A stretch of DNA of 64,000 nucleotides from positions 178,374,001 to 178,438,000 of the forward strand of contig NC_091984.1 in NCBI RefSeq assembly GCF_044704955.1. The letters are read 5' to 3'. The notes under the pieces were generated by a model, which was given only the letters and a program-made list of their open reading frames with translations, was not told the origin of the DNA and made no database searches. The position numbers were made by a program, and so were the translations under genes. Positions within the stretch are counted from its first letter, which is position 1; each line of letters begins with the position of its first letter. Source of the DNA: Pristiophorus japonicus (lineage: Eukaryota). This document shows positions 11,309-23,929 of this stretch, piece after piece.

Positions 11309-11392
11309 TCCTCGTGCAGTGTGGAATGCTTCAGTTCGAGGTAGTCATTGGCAGAGGTCCCTGTTGGCACTCCGAGAATCCTTACCCATGAG
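11309..11392 (+). CDS. MRPL40: MRPL40 coding exon 2
   Basis: Polypyrimidine acceptor ctctccttctcttgcag; PRAVWNASVRGSHWQRSLLALRESLPMR resembles human ..RETHQRASLLSFWELIPMR; 84 nt; GT donor. Confidence 0.88.
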
Positions 11393-12892
11393 GTAGAGTA
11401 TATGATGGAACAGGCTGCAATTCCAAAAGAAAACAGTGCGAGAGACAATTTAGAAAACAAAAATAAACGCCTCTTTTACTTTTCTAAATTCTCTCTCATG
11501 ATGTTTCCTTTTTGTATTTTGGCAGTTTTACAATTGTGTACTGTTTTTCTCTCTTTCTTACTTGATCTTCCTCATAGTTTTGCCTTTATCGAATTTTGGT
11601 TTCTCTGTCTCCTTTTGCTAAATATTCCGTAATATGTTTGTTCAGTCTCTCAGCTGACCTGGGTTTGTCTTCTGCAACCAGTTGACTTGTATCCAATATT
11701 TTCAGCTGGATCCCCTTCAACTCAATACGTTTCTAAAGTTATGGAAGCTGCTCCTCTCTCTCTCTCAAATTATTAGTTAAATTCTGCCCCAATCCTTTCT
11801 TTAAAGCTGTTGAGAGTTGAGTTAACATGAGCAACAAGAGCGTCAATGGAACAATCATGATGAGAATGGTCATGGCTTTTCCACTTGTGATCTGGTTGCC
11901 TAATCATGTGCCGTTGTTTTTGACATCTCCAAAGCCTTTTGTCAAGGTCTGTACCATGCACTTCTAAACAAGCTTCAACCATATGGTGCCTGCCTGGAGC
12001 TATATCCACAGCTGTGTAGTTTCCTTTCAAATCACCTTATCTGTGCTGCCGTTGAAGGCTCACTCTTTAATTCTTTCAACATTAACTCGAGGGTTTTCCA
12101 AGTCTATGTTCCTTTTTCATAACAGTGACCTCCATTTATTATCCAACCCTATAGACTCTTCAACTGATGATTCCACTCTATATTCATCAACTTCCTTCAG
12201 AGAATATAGTCCTCACAGCTCCAGTTCTGGCCCAGTGCAATGGCTGAGTCACGACAACTTGATATCCTCTCTACCCTTCAATGGTGCCGTAAAAAATATC
12301 TTTCGCTTTGTTAAATCTAATTTCCTAATTTTTCTCTCAAACCCGATCTGCAGCTACCACTTCTGAACTTAATGGCCCTGCTCCTAGTTGTCTTGCACTA
12401 TTAGCATTATTGGTCTTGCTGGTTCCTCTTGCTAAAGCTACTTCTGAGGAACTTGATTTCCTGTTTTGTGCCAAACATCTTTTCCTCAACAATTCTTACT
12501 CCTCTATAAACCCCAAGTCCATTGAAGACAATTACTGTTCTTGTGTCCAAGCAGACTCTTCTAGCACCTCTCATGAGCATAGAGATGATACAGGAAAAAA
12601 CTTGTTATCTGATAGGTGATCCCTTTCTCATTTGTAGCCTCTGGCCCAACTTCTAGTCTTTTTTTCTATTCTTAAATATTACTATGGCCAGTTCTCCTCT
12701 GAACTTTTCTCTCTCATTTCTTCTAAGCTCCAAATATGCCATTGTGCACACTCTTCCTCCTCCCAACATCTCACTGTATCGAAATCAAGACTCATCGAAC
12801 AGTATCTAACTCAAACTCATTCTTTCCCCAGACATCAAAACTGTGGAACTTCTTGCCTCCATCATGTCTTTCCTTCCTTGGGCTTTTCAAAG

Positions 12893-13277
12893 CCAGCTGG
12901 GTGGGACTGCACTCGCCTGGTTCCATTCATATCTATCTAATCGTAGCCAGACAGTCTGCTGAAACGGCTTATCTACCCCGCTCCCCCCCCCCCCCCCCCC
13001 GCATCGTTACTTCTGGTGTCCTCCAAGGATCTGTCCATGGCCCCCTCCTATTTCTCCTCTATATGTTGCCCCTTGGTGACATCTTCCAAAAACACAGCGT
13101 CAGTTTCCACATGTACGCTGATGAGACCCAGCTCTACCTCACTACCACTTCTCTCGACCCCTCCTCGGCCTCTAAATTGTCAGACTGCTGGTCCGACATC
13201 CAGTTCTGGATGTACAGAAATGTTCTCCAATTGAATATTAGGAAGACCAAAGCCATTGTTTTCGGTCCCCGCCACAA
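12893..13277 (+). mobile_element. L2 RT fragment
   Basis: SGVLQGSVHGPLLFLLYMLPLG...HMYADETQLY...LQLNIRKT. Confidence 0.8.
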
Positions 13278-14166
13278 GGTACCTTGCAGCAGGTGGAAAA
13301 ATTGACAAGGAAAATGCAGCTTGTGTTCATGAAGAGGGATTTCTGTTTCAGTTTCTCTATGTATATGTCAAGTTTAAAATCATTACATTTGCCTAGGTCA
13401 TCACCTTGCGTACATCACTACAGTTTGAAAGGATAAATTGTACAAAAAATATACTTTACATTGCATCAAAGAATGACTGAATTCATTAATATTGGTACGT
13501 GATACTTTTGGGAGCTAGTACTGTAGAAAAAGAAAAGCAAAATACTGTGGATGCTGGAAATCTAAAAAAGAAGCTGCAACGCTATAAATGATGCACATCA
13601 ACTTCTTTTGAGTCCCAGGTTCTGATCCTGCCGAGTTATGAGGAGCCATATGCATCTCTGGGGACGGGATAGAGAGGAGCACCCAGGCTGCACGCGACCA
13701 TTTTGCAGCAACTGCTTTTACTGGCAGAGGTCAGAAAGCAGAAGTATGGGTGAGCTGAATTAATCTCTCACATTTAGGGAACATAACAGGAAACGTTTAA
13801 ATAACGAGGGTAAAAAAACAAATTGGATGTGGCTTGAAAGTTCTTTCCTCCAATGATGCCTCTGTCTGGAATCCTTGTATCAAATGGGTACTGTACTGTG
13901 TTGGCACGGAGCCAGTCTGGGCCTGTGAGTTCAGCTTGGCACAATCTCAACTTTGACTGCTTATTGCAGGGAACAATCGAAGGAAGACCAGTGGATGAGG
14001 CACTGCTGCCCCATCTCTGCACTTCCTCGTGGCTGGGTTAAAGTGGCAGCAGCAGAAGCTGGGAACAGGTCTCCTCGCCACCCCGTTGCTTGGGAGGTGT
14101 CTGGGAGATGAAAGTGCAGCCAAAATTCAATCTTTGTTCAATCTCTGCGGTGGATTTGTTTTGCAG

Positions 14167-14322
14167 AGCTGAACCAAAGAAAAAAAAGAAGGTGGATCCC
14201 AGGAGAGAACAGGCAGCGAGAGACCGTCTGAGAAAGAAACTGAAAAAGTTGGAACGTGTTCCTCCAGAGCTGATCCCGATCGAAGATTTCATCACGCCCA
14301 CTAAGTTCCTTGATGAATCCAG
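14167..14322 (+). CDS. MRPL40: MRPL40 coding exon 3
   Basis: ttttgcag acceptor; AEPKKKKKVDPRREQAARDRLRKKLKKLERVPPELIPIEDFITPTKFLDES matches mL40; 156 nt; GT donor. Confidence 0.95.
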
Positions 14323-14735
14323 GTTTGTGTGGTCTGAGACAGAATAGTTAATCATTAATTAACAAAAGACAATAGTTCCAAAACGGACAAATGGCCTTCC
14401 CTCATCGCCTGGATGGGGTGGGAATTCGGTTCCTTTGTGGTGTATATTTTTTTGTTATGTTTTTTAAATTATTTTGGTGAGAAGACTTCCAACTTTCCAA
14501 GGTTTAAACATCCAAAATGTCTGACTTACATGGCCAATACTCCGACACAAAACTGGACTTTAGGAAAGGCCTCATACAGAGCTTAAACAGAACGAAATGG
14601 CACGAGTGTAACGTTTAAGTGCCTGTTTAATCCAGGCATTTGGCTTGACGGTGCTGGTTCTAGAAGAGGCGTTTTTTCAACAACTGGGTGTCTGACATGT
14701 GCAGGGACCTATCAACTTAAGTAGAAACCGCATCT

Positions 14736-15368
14736 GGAGTTGGATTTTCGGCTTTGATGTTTTTGGGGCGATAATGGCGGTGGGGCGGGAAAGTTAGCGC
14801 CCAGGAATAGTTTGCACCTCAGTAATTAAGTTTGGGCAGCTGGGCCCTGCGTCCAGGGGTGCAGCACTAAGGGAGGCGTTGTACATCTCTCTTGGATGCT
14901 AGCATGGAAAATTCCCAAGCTAAAGAGCTAAAGAGCTAAATGCTCCGAGCGACATCTGGGGGGCGGGGGGCGGGAGGGGAAAAGCAAACCTAAATACCAC
15001 AAAAACATTGGCCACACCACCGCAACACAAATCACTAAAAAAATTAAAAGAAAAACCAGCCACACTTACCTTGGGAGTCCATTGCTCACCTCTTCGCCAG
15101 TGGGATGGTTGGACCACTCTGATTTCCCAGGCAGTCAGTGCAAGACAAGCTTTCCGGCGGATGGGTCAGGCAATAGTCAAAACTCGTGCTGGTGTCGTAA
15201 CCAGAGGCGTTGCACACCGGATGCAGCTCTTCCGGGCGGTGCTGCTCCGTGCCACCGCAAAACCAGACCCGAGGATCGCTGCAGAGCGCTGGAGGCTGAC
15301 CACCCGGATAAAACACCTCACCACCGCCGGGATTAAAAAGAGCGGAGAAGACCAAGAAATACAGCCCC
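14736..15368 (-). mobile_element. Harbinger-type MITE (same family as 41459-42101, opposite orientation)
   Basis: GGGCTG(G/T)ATTT-like termini; internal similarity (ccgcccggaagag...ccggtgtgcaacgcc...cgacacc) to 41540-41650. Confidence 0.65.
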
Positions 15369-16004
15369 TGTAGTTTATACTTGATATAATTGTGTATGAG
15401 AAGTGATTGGAGTACAACAACCTGCTGAAATTGTATGTGGAGAGGTCTTGATGCACATAACATGTAGTTACAGTGACTAATCGGAACGCCTAATTAAATC
15501 CAGTACTAATGCTGGGAGCAGGCTACCCAGTGCTTGAAAGGCTGGGTTGAGATTTGATGCTTTTATGTTCTTTAAATACTTGCTACTATTCACGCTGAAC
15601 TGTTGTTTCCATTCTGGAATTTGTTTTGCAATACTGCTGGTAAGAGTTTATTTTCAGACCAGGATTTTTTTTTCTTCTGATTGGATTATCTTTGCGTTAT
15701 CACCATTATCTGTCTACTAGCTGGGAAAAGGGCAGTAGGTCCACCATCTGGGCTAGGGAGAGGGGGATAATGGGTCTAGGATATAGGTGTAGGAAAGGGG
15801 ACAGTGAAGGCCAGGTAAGAGGGGACAATGGTATGAGATCTCGGCAAGAGAGGAGGCAGTGGGTGCAGGTCAAGAGAGGACAGTGGATCTAGGGATCAGA
15901 TGGCTAATATGTTCTGCACAAGAGAATTAAAGAGCTGATAGTTTACCTCTCCAGTCTATGGCGACACGGGGTTTTTGTGTATCTCGTATGCCATCTTCAG
16001 CTCA

Positions 16005-16372
16005 ACTAATGGCCCTCTGAGCTCATAATCCAAGCAGACGCTCCACTCAGATGCTGTCCTGCGGATGAGATGTTAAACCCAAGGCCCCCTCTGCTCTCAG
16101 ATGGATGTAAAAGATCCCACGGCACTATTTCGAAGAAGAGCAGTATAATTACTCTGGTGTCCTGGCCAATATTTATACCTCAACGACACAATTAAAACAG
16201 ATTATCTGGTCATTATCACATTGCTTTTAATGGAGCTTGCTGTGTGCAAATTGGCTGCCGTTTCCTACCTTACAACAGTGACTACACTTCAAAAGTACTT
16301 AATTGGCTCTAAAGCACCTTGGAATGCCCTGAGGTTGTGAAAGGCGCTATATAAATGGAAGCCTTTCTTTTC
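16005..16372 (+). mobile_element. SacSINE1-like DeuSINE
   Basis: gatgagatgttaaaccc...aaagatcccacggcactatt...aggcgctatataaat. Confidence 0.8.
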
Positions 16373-16729
16373 TTAAGGCATTGAACCAGGATTCCATCTG
16401 TCTATTCCGGTCACCAAATCCCCTTTCTATTATTTGGAGAAAAGTGAGTGAGTTCTGGTATCTTTCCTTAATCAATATCACAGGAACAGATTAGCTGGTC
16501 ATTTGTCTAATTATTGTTTGTGGAATCTTGCTGTGCACAAAATGGTCATTGTGTTTGGTTACAATAGTCACTGAACTTTCAAGTGATTAACCGTGTGAAG
16601 CACTTGAAACATTTTTGAGAAATATGATATACAAATGCAGATATTGACAGATTGCATTGTGAATAATATGTATTAATGAAGACTAAGCACAGAGAGCCTG
16701 CAATAACATAATGTCTATGGTGCCTACAG

Positions 16730-17039
16730 AGTCCGAGACCCTGACAAGCTGACAGTGGAAGAGAGCGAGCGGCGAGCACTTCTGATGAAGGAGTGGTCGC
16801 GGTATAAGAAGAAAGAGCACAAACAGGAAGCGGAAATGATCCAGTCCATGATGGAGGCGCAACAGCAGGCCCTGAAGGAACTGCGGCTCGAATCGGAAGA
16901 ATTGTACCAGGCTGCCGTTAAACGGGACCAAGGACTATTTCCATTGGAGTTACAAGGGACTAGTTTTGCTCCGCCCATAGCTGACTACCAAGCACCTGAT
17001 GGAAAATACAGAGATATCACCAAAGTATATACACAGTGA
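16730..17039 (+). CDS. MRPL40: MRPL40 coding exon 4 (terminal); joined CDS 585 nt = 194 aa
   Basis: cctacag acceptor; VRDPDKLTVEESERRALLMKEW...YQAPDGKYRDITKVYTQ* matches the mL40 C-terminus. Confidence 0.96.
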
Positions 17040-17081
17040 CATACACGAGACCCTCGCACTGCTTTTAAGCTGATTTTTCTA

Positions 17082-17087
17082 AATAAA
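17082..17087 (+). terminator. Candidate MRPL40 polyadenylation signal
   Basis: AATAAA about 40 nt after the stop codon. Confidence 0.6.
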
Positions 17088-18790
17088 GTGAATATTGACT
17101 TGTGTATATTACACACCACACTTCTACTGTATTAATGTGAATATCATGCTTCTAATGTATAAAATATATCCAGAAAAGGCGCTGGGTTTTCTTACTAGAT
17201 TTGTTAATTTTTCGATGTCAGTTGTCGCTGTTACTGCATTGTGGTAATCTGCTGTCTGATGACCAGGTGGCAATATGCATATTGCACTCTCTGTACCCCA
17301 TTGTGGTAATGTACATAGTCTTAAAACCAGTATGTGGCAGGTGTCTTCAGTAGTCAGTACCGTAAAAAGGATGTAAATTCCTTCATAATGAAAATGATTG
17401 TAGATATTGTAGGGTTCGCTTGCAGAAACGTGCTGTTTCCAGTGCATGTATTGTATTGGTGCTAGTCACTTTATGCAAAGAGTACAATTTAGTCTTCTGT
17501 GCCCACAATTTTTCTCCCTTCTTTCCAGGAGTTATTGTGATAGTTTTACATACAGACCGCGTTGAAAATCTGTCATTGCAGATGGCCACCCATCATAAAA
17601 GCATATTAAAAATAAAATAATAATTTGAAGGTAGGATCATTGAGATGAAGGGGGAATCTTGTGGAGCAAAGAAGTATGGCAGAGATATTAAATATTTTGT
17701 ATCAATTTTTACAAATGATGGTGGGAGTGAGACTTTAGGAGTACTAGAGTGGGATGTGGAAATATTGTTTGAGATAACTATAGAAGGGGAATTAGTTATG
17801 GTAAGTGATGGTGTTAGCTGTTGCATTTATCTTTGCAAACATCTGAGTGGAGCTCGAATTATCTGTTAGAGGAGGTTATAAATAATTGTGGAATAATATT
17901 TACACAGACCACCTGGAGTGTTTGCAAGTTTTCTAAAGCCATAATGGATACTTCAGTTTATAACATATTGCTTTTTACAGAATGAATGCTGGGGGGGGAA
18001 AGGACAAAGTTTTCCTTTACAAACACATTTGTGGTGAGAACTTCTTGCCTCACACCTGCAATGGTTTGAAACTGGTGTATAAGTGTTGAAGAAGCTCCCT
18101 TGGTTTTAGCTACTTCCTGTTGATGAACTAATGCAGTGCCTTGTGTTGCACTATTTCAGTTGATGCGCTTAAGAAGTGCATCTTGTATGGACTAGCTGCA
18201 ATTCCATGAATTTGCTTTTCTTCAACAGTGTTGCTCAATGTTTTCACCCTTATTGGTAAAAAAAGATAGTTCCCAAATTCCTCTTCAACTCTGACACCAA
18301 GAGTATCTCTCTGGCCAACTCTTAACACCAAGAGGATCTCTGTTTGGCCCCCTCCACCCCGAGTCAATGGACGCTGAATTCCTGCACGGGTCCTCCTAAT
18401 TTCCAGTTGCAAACTCAGAGGGAGATTGGCAGATTTCTTATAAGCGGTGTAAATAGCTATTCACACTGTTTCCCTGGGGGTTCGGCTTATCTGCGAAGCT
18501 ACAGCGGGAGATCAGGACAATCCACCATGGAAATTCAGGGCCATAGTATTCAACCTCCTCTGTCAAACTAGTTTCCAAGTGCAAATCTTTGTTCGTGTCA
18601 TTTTCACACTGGTTCTCTAACTAAACCCCACCCAAACTGGTCACACAACAATCTCACCCAAAATCTTCACTTCAAATGAGTTTTGGACGCCTCTGATCAT
18701 CATCTTTCAAACTAAGCGTATCTAGAATCGCAGGTGTAAAATAAGCATTTGCAAGAACTTGGCAGTCAAATAAAATGAATATGCTGACGT

Positions 18791-18800
18791 TTTATTTATT
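18791..18800 (-). terminator. Candidate C22orf39 polyadenylation signal
   Basis: Overlapping AATAAATAAA on the minus strand, about 300 nt after the stop. Confidence 0.5.
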
Positions 18801-19099
18801 GAACACAGATCTTTAAGGCAACATTGCCTCAATGACACTTCTTGTCAGTATCGTATCAGGCTCATGTCAACATTATTCTAAGTGCAAGACAGAAGTTGTA
18901 CCAACCCCACCTAGTTCCTACAAAAGTGAATCCAGGTTAACAGGTTACGACCCTGAGAAAGCTGCTTCGAGTTGGGTTACCATAAATCCAATGTTATACA
19001 GGATGCACAGCAGGGAGGAGTCAACGTGCTTTCACAGGCCCCGTTGCACCTTATCCCAACAATCCGGCAGCTTGTGACACTTGGCATAGCCAACTCCCA

Positions 19100-19225
19100 C
19101 TATTTCCCTTTTCCGTCACTTAGGGGCAGATTCCATTCAGCTGGTGGATTCTTCCTCATCTCCCAGACTGGGAAGTGCCTCTTCTGTTCTTCTAACCTCC
19201 TCTTCTCGCTCTCGCATAAAGCTTT
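19100..19225 (-). CDS. C22orf39: C22orf39 (UPF0545) coding exon 3 (terminal)
   Basis: tctacag acceptor; KALCESEKRRLEEQKRHFPVWEMRKNPPAEWNLPLSDGKGK* matches human ..SLCESERAR..VWAPRQSPPPDWHLPLP. Absent from the ORF track; translated by hand. Confidence 0.92.
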   Translation of the reverse strand, partial: KALCESEKRRLEEQKRHFPVWEMRKNPPAEWNLPLSDGKGK

Positions 19226-19735
19226 CTGTAGATTTAAAACAAACTTTTAACAGTTAGATCCACATTAGCAACGCCTTCTGGTTAAAAGCTAAAACTGTTG
19301 TGAAAGAATCCCATTGAGGCAGCGCATAGTAGAAAGACCACTGTGGGGAGCGCAACAGCAAAACAAAAACCACAAGATATGACTCCAAGCTAGGATACAA
19401 TTCCTTGGGTAACTGCCAGTATCTTACCCAAGAATCCATTATTCAAGTGCACACCTCAACACGGTATCTTTTTATTTGATAAGGTGCCACACAAGAGATT
19501 ATTAAACAAAATTAGGGTTCATGGGATTGGGGGTGATATATTAGCATGGACTGAGGATTGGTTAAGAGACAGAAAACAGTAGGAATAAATGGGTCATTTT
19601 CAGGTTGGCAGGCTGTAACTAGTGAGGTACCGTAAGAATCAGTGCTTGGGCCTCAGCTATTCACAATCTATTAATGATTGGGATAAGGGGACCAAATGTA
19701 ATATATCCAAGTTTGCTGATGATACAAAGCTAGTA

Positions 19736-20416
19736 GGGGAGGAGCTGGTGCGGCTGTTGTGGTGCATGTCACTCTGGGAGGGTTTCTGTCCCGGTGTAGC
19801 TACAGGGGACACTCCCGGGGTGACGTGCCGCGGCTCCTCTTCCCTGCCGGTATGAACGGTGCCAGAACTGCTTCACTGACACATCGACACAGGCCTGGAG
19901 CAAACTCTGGTCCTCCAGCATTGTAATGATCTTCAGAGACTTCTCCAAACGTTGGTCCTCCAGCATTGCAATGGTCTTCCTGTAACATCGTGGGCCGCCC
20001 CGACCTGTGTGAGAACACAACCGCAGGTCGGGGCTATAAATAGAACTGGAGCGCCGGGCCCTGGAATATCGTGGGCGAAGGTGCGGCGAATGAGGGTACG
20101 GGGCCCAGAAGAGCCAATGGCCCAGGGGCAGCACAGGCCAGCCCACACTGCGATATGTGTGCGCACTAGGTCTGTGCAACAGAGTAGGTCTCCAGTCGTC
20201 CTGGTTCAACCCTTGCCACTGGATAAAGCCCGAGCCCTGTCAAGCCTGTGAGGTGGCTGATGTGCAACGTTCACCACACGTTAAAAAATTCCACACACAG
20301 GCATCTTCCATTCCCTCAACTGGAGTTCAGGACTGGAACATTGGGTCCTTCACTGAAACATCTGTGAACTCTTGTGAAAGCAAGTCATCCTCATTCGAGG
20401 GACCGCCTATGATAAT
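19736..20416 (+). mobile_element. Non-autonomous RTE-tailed retroposon with a GC-rich head
   Basis: RTE tail aagcaagtcatcctc..gagggaccgcctatgat; core shared with 32801-33135. Confidence 0.7.
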
Positions 20417-20719
20417 AGAGTGGGAATAGAAATTGTGAGGAGGATGAAAAGAGACTTCCAAGGGGTATAGACAGGCTAAGTGAATGGGCAAGAACATGGC
20501 AAATGGAATATAATGTGGAGAAATGTGAAGTTATCCACTTTGGTAGGAAAAATAGAAAAGCAAAGTATTTTTTAAATGGTCAGAGATTGGGAAATGCTGG
20601 TGTTCAGAGGGACCTGGGTGTCCTTGTATATGAATCACTGAAAGTTAACATGCAGGTACAGGAAGAAATTAAGAAAGCAAATGGTATGTTGGCCTTTACT
20701 ACAAGAGGATCTGAATATA

Positions 20720-21517
20720 ACAACAACTTGTACTTATATAGAGCCTTTAACGTAGTGAAGCGTCCCAAGGTGCTTCACAGGAGTATTAAGAGATAAAAAA
20801 TCTGACACCGAGAAATTAGCGCAGGTGACCAAAAGCTTGATCAAAGAGCTATGTTTTAAGGAGCGTCTTGAAGGAGGAAAGAGAGGTGGAGAGGTTTAGG
20901 CAGGGAGTTCCAGAGCTTGGGGCTTAGGCAGCAGAAGGCATGGCCACCAATGTTTGAACGATTATAATCCGGGATGCTCAAGAGGGCAGAATTAGAGGAG
21001 CACAGACATCACGGGGGATTGTGGGGCTGGAGGAGATTACAGTGATAGGGAGGGGCAAGGCCATGGAAGGATTTGAAAATAAGGATTAGAATTTTGATAT
21101 CGAGGCATTGCTTAACTAGAAGTCAATGTAAGTCAGCGAGCACTGGGGTGATGGATGAGCGGGACTTGGTGCGAGTTAGGCCACAGGCAGCCGAGTTTTG
21201 GATCACCTCTAGTTTACATAGGGTAGAATGTGGGAGCCCAGCCAGGAGTGCGTTGGAATAGTCAAGTCTAGAGGTAATGGATGAGGGCTTCAGCAGCAGA
21301 TAAACTGAGGCAAGGACGGAGACGGGCGATGTTACGGAGGTAGAGATAGGCGGTCTTAGCTATGCTGCGGATATGTGGTCAAAAGCTAATTTCAGGGTCA
21401 AATATGACACCAAGTGTGCGAACAGTCTGGTTCAGCCTCAGACAGAAGTTGGGGAGAGGGATGGAGTCAGTGTGGCTAGGGAACAGAGTTTAAGTTTATG
21501 GCGGGGTCCCAAAACAG
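20720..21517 (-). mobile_element. L2 LINE 3' fragment
   Basis: Closely similar to 29246-30050. Confidence 0.85.
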
Positions 21518-22244
21518 TAAGAGTAAAGATGTCTCATTTCAATTTTAGAGGGCCCTGGTGTGTTACGTTTGGTCTCCTTACCTAAGGAAGGATATAGAGG
21601 GAGTGCAATGGAGGTTCACCAGACTGATTCCTGGGATGGGGGGGGATTGTCCTAGGAGGACAGATTGAGTAGTCTAAGCCTATATTCTCTGGAGTTTAGG
21701 AGAGGTAATCTCATGGAAACATACAAAATTCTTACAGGGCTTTACAGGGTAGATGCAGGGAGGATATTTTCCCTGGCTGGGGAGTCTAGAACCAGGGGTC
21801 AGTCTCAGAATATGGGGTCGGCCATTTAGGACGGAGATGGGGAGAAATTTCTTCACTCAGAAGGTGGTGAATCTTTGGAATTCTCTAACCATAGGGCTTT
21901 GGGTGCTCAGTCGTTGAGTATATTCAAGACAAAGATCAACAGACTTTTGGATATTAAGGGAATCAAGGGATATAGAGGTGGTGCAGGAAAGTTGAGTTGA
22001 GGTAGATCAACCATGATCTTATTGAATGCCATGATCAGCCATGATCTTATTGACTGGCAGAGCGGGCTCGAGGGGCCGAATGGCCTACTCCTGCTCCTAT
22101 TTCTTATCTTATGTTCTTATTCCTACATGGGGTGAGAGAATCTGGGCCAAACCCGACCCTCTGCCACTGTCCAAACCCGTGCATATCCAGCAGGGGTTGA
22201 TAGTGAGAGATCAGGAGCAGAAACTGTAGCTGATTTTTCCGTCT

Positions 22245-22625
22245 TGTAATGTATTCACCTGTGAGTATGCTCACAGGTTTGTAGAGCTGTTGCAAACCAA
22301 ATTTGAATTTGATTGTAAAGTTTTATTTGTTAATTTGGCTGTTGTAGTGTCCCCTTAATAAGGGGGCACTCAGCTTTAAGTTCTATTTAAAATAGTTGTA
22401 GAGCTGTTGCATTGTGAGTTGCACGTGATGTTCACAAGACTCAATAAAACCCCAGTCAGTTGAGTCTAGGTCATTCATGATGAGTTATGCAGTTGTTAAC
22501 CTAGTGGATGAACTGGTAATGTGTTTTGTGATTGTTAAACCTCTGTTAATAAACCAACTCGTTCTTAATCGCAATGTGTTACTTTGAACTCTTAAACAAA
22601 GAACCCATGAAGCAAATACATTACA
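22245..22625 (+). mobile_element. Solo LTR
   Basis: TGTAATGTATT...AATACATTACA 11-bp inverted termini and internal AATAAA; TSD not clean. Confidence 0.7.
22295..22395 (+). mobile_element. Tx1-type 3' end fragment (101 bp) within the solo LTR
   Basis: aaccaaatttgaatttga (NQILI*-like), agtgtcccc..gggggcact stem-loop; 16-bp TSD ttgtagagctgttgca at 22279-22294 and 22396-22411. Confidence 0.8.
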
Positions 22626-22890
22626 CTTCCCTGCCCCAGGGACACAAGAGGCCAATTGTACCACCCCTAATGCTGCCCTAGCTCAAATCGAGTAATTCAG
22701 TAGTCCAGGGATCAAACTTGGGACCTTCCTGATCTGTACAGCCAAATCAGGATTGGTGGGGGAGGAAGAATAACAATACAGGTTTATTTTATTCTGATTC
22801 AAAACAATTCAATTATCCTGCAATACATTTCCCTAATTGTAATATATATTGAACAGCTGCGCAGGAACTTGTCACAAGATTGTAACTTTT

Positions 22891-23028
22891 TCCAGTTCTG
22901 ACGAAAGGTCATCAACCTGAAACTTTAACTCCGTTTCTCTCGCCACAGATGCTGCCTGACCTGCTGAGTATTTCCAGCGTTTTCTGTTTTTATTTCAGAT
23001 TTCTAGCATCCGCAGTATTTTGCCTTTG
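22891..23028 (+). mobile_element. Penelope-like terminal repeat with a minimal hammerhead-like core
   Basis: AGTT-CTGACGA-A-AGGT(catca)ACCT-GAAA-CTTT-AACT; same repeat as 25094-25330 and 29073-29190. Confidence 0.6.
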
Positions 23029-23479
23029 ACATACTCAAGGGGTTCAGATGACAAACCATGACAGCAAAACACATGCAGTTTATCATCTGAACCCAAACAG
23101 TTATGTCTATGCATGGTTTCTGTTCCCCTTCCCATCATTATACCTCTCCCTTGGAGTTCTGCTGCTTGGCATTTGTCGAATTAATGCTTGGTGACATGTG
23201 AGTTTTGTAATGCGTTTCAGCATCATGAATCAACATATTCCAAAAACAATTTGATCATCTCCATTCATTCTTACCCTATGACCCTCAATTATGTTTCTTA
23301 TCCAGCACTTTGTTTTAAGAAGTGCAATATCAACTGTTTTTGCTGGTACTTTACTACATAGTCACTACTGTGGGGTGAAAACCTCTGAAGTCACTAGCTT
23401 CAATGAAGATTTAACTTTGTACTCATATCCTCTAGCTCTGTAACCCCCTTACAGCCTCTCAACACTGTTCTAGCATTCA

Positions 23480-23870
23480 ATTAGATCATGACTCATCTGT
23501 ACCTCAACTGCATTTACCTGCCATTGCTCCATATCCCTGAATACCCTGACCTAACTAAACTTATCAATGTCAGTCTTGAAAATGTCAATTGGCCCAGCTT
23601 CCACAGCCTTTTGGGAAGAGTTCCATATTTCCACTGTCTTTTGTGTGAACAAGTGCTTCCTGATTTTACTCCTAAATGTGTGAGCTCTAATTTTAAGATT
23701 ATGCCTTCTTGTTCTGGTGTCCACACCAGAGGAAATAGTTTCCTTGTATCTACCCTACTGAATCCCTTTATCATTTTAAAGACCTCAATTCACTCTCAAC
23801 CTTCTAAACGCAAGGGAATACAGACCAAGTTTATGCAACTTGTCCTCATCATTTAACCTTTTGAGCCCTG
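23480..23870 (-). mobile_element. CR1 3' fragment
   Basis: IKGFSRVDTRKLFPLV peptide plus CR1-like 3' UTR. Confidence 0.7.
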
Positions 23871-23929
23871 GGTTCATTCTGAGAGTATGGTAGTTCTCCA
23901 GGTGTCTTGGTGAATACTAATTCCTCAAA

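Larger units (their letters stand above)
19470..22120 (+). mobile_element. CR1 LINE 3' part, interrupted at 19736-20416 and 20720-21517
   Basis: [28 protein letters not shown] and DLGV motifs in order; tail ttcttat-gttcttat. Confidence 0.85.
22125..22745 (-). mobile_element. Second tRNA-headed SINE family (host of the solo LTR); related pieces near 13610-13700, 24200-24490 and 61855-62090
   Basis: Minus-strand head gctgtacagatcaggaaggtcccaagtttgatccctgg (B-box-like); shared ctggctcattttttccc / tagctgatttttcc motif. Confidence 0.55.

Noticed and set aside
20065-20290. HDV-like ribozyme in the RTE-tailed element
   Set aside because: A possible P3/L3 (CAG-CCCACA-CTG) is visible, but I could not build P1, P1.1 and P2 consistently in both copies.
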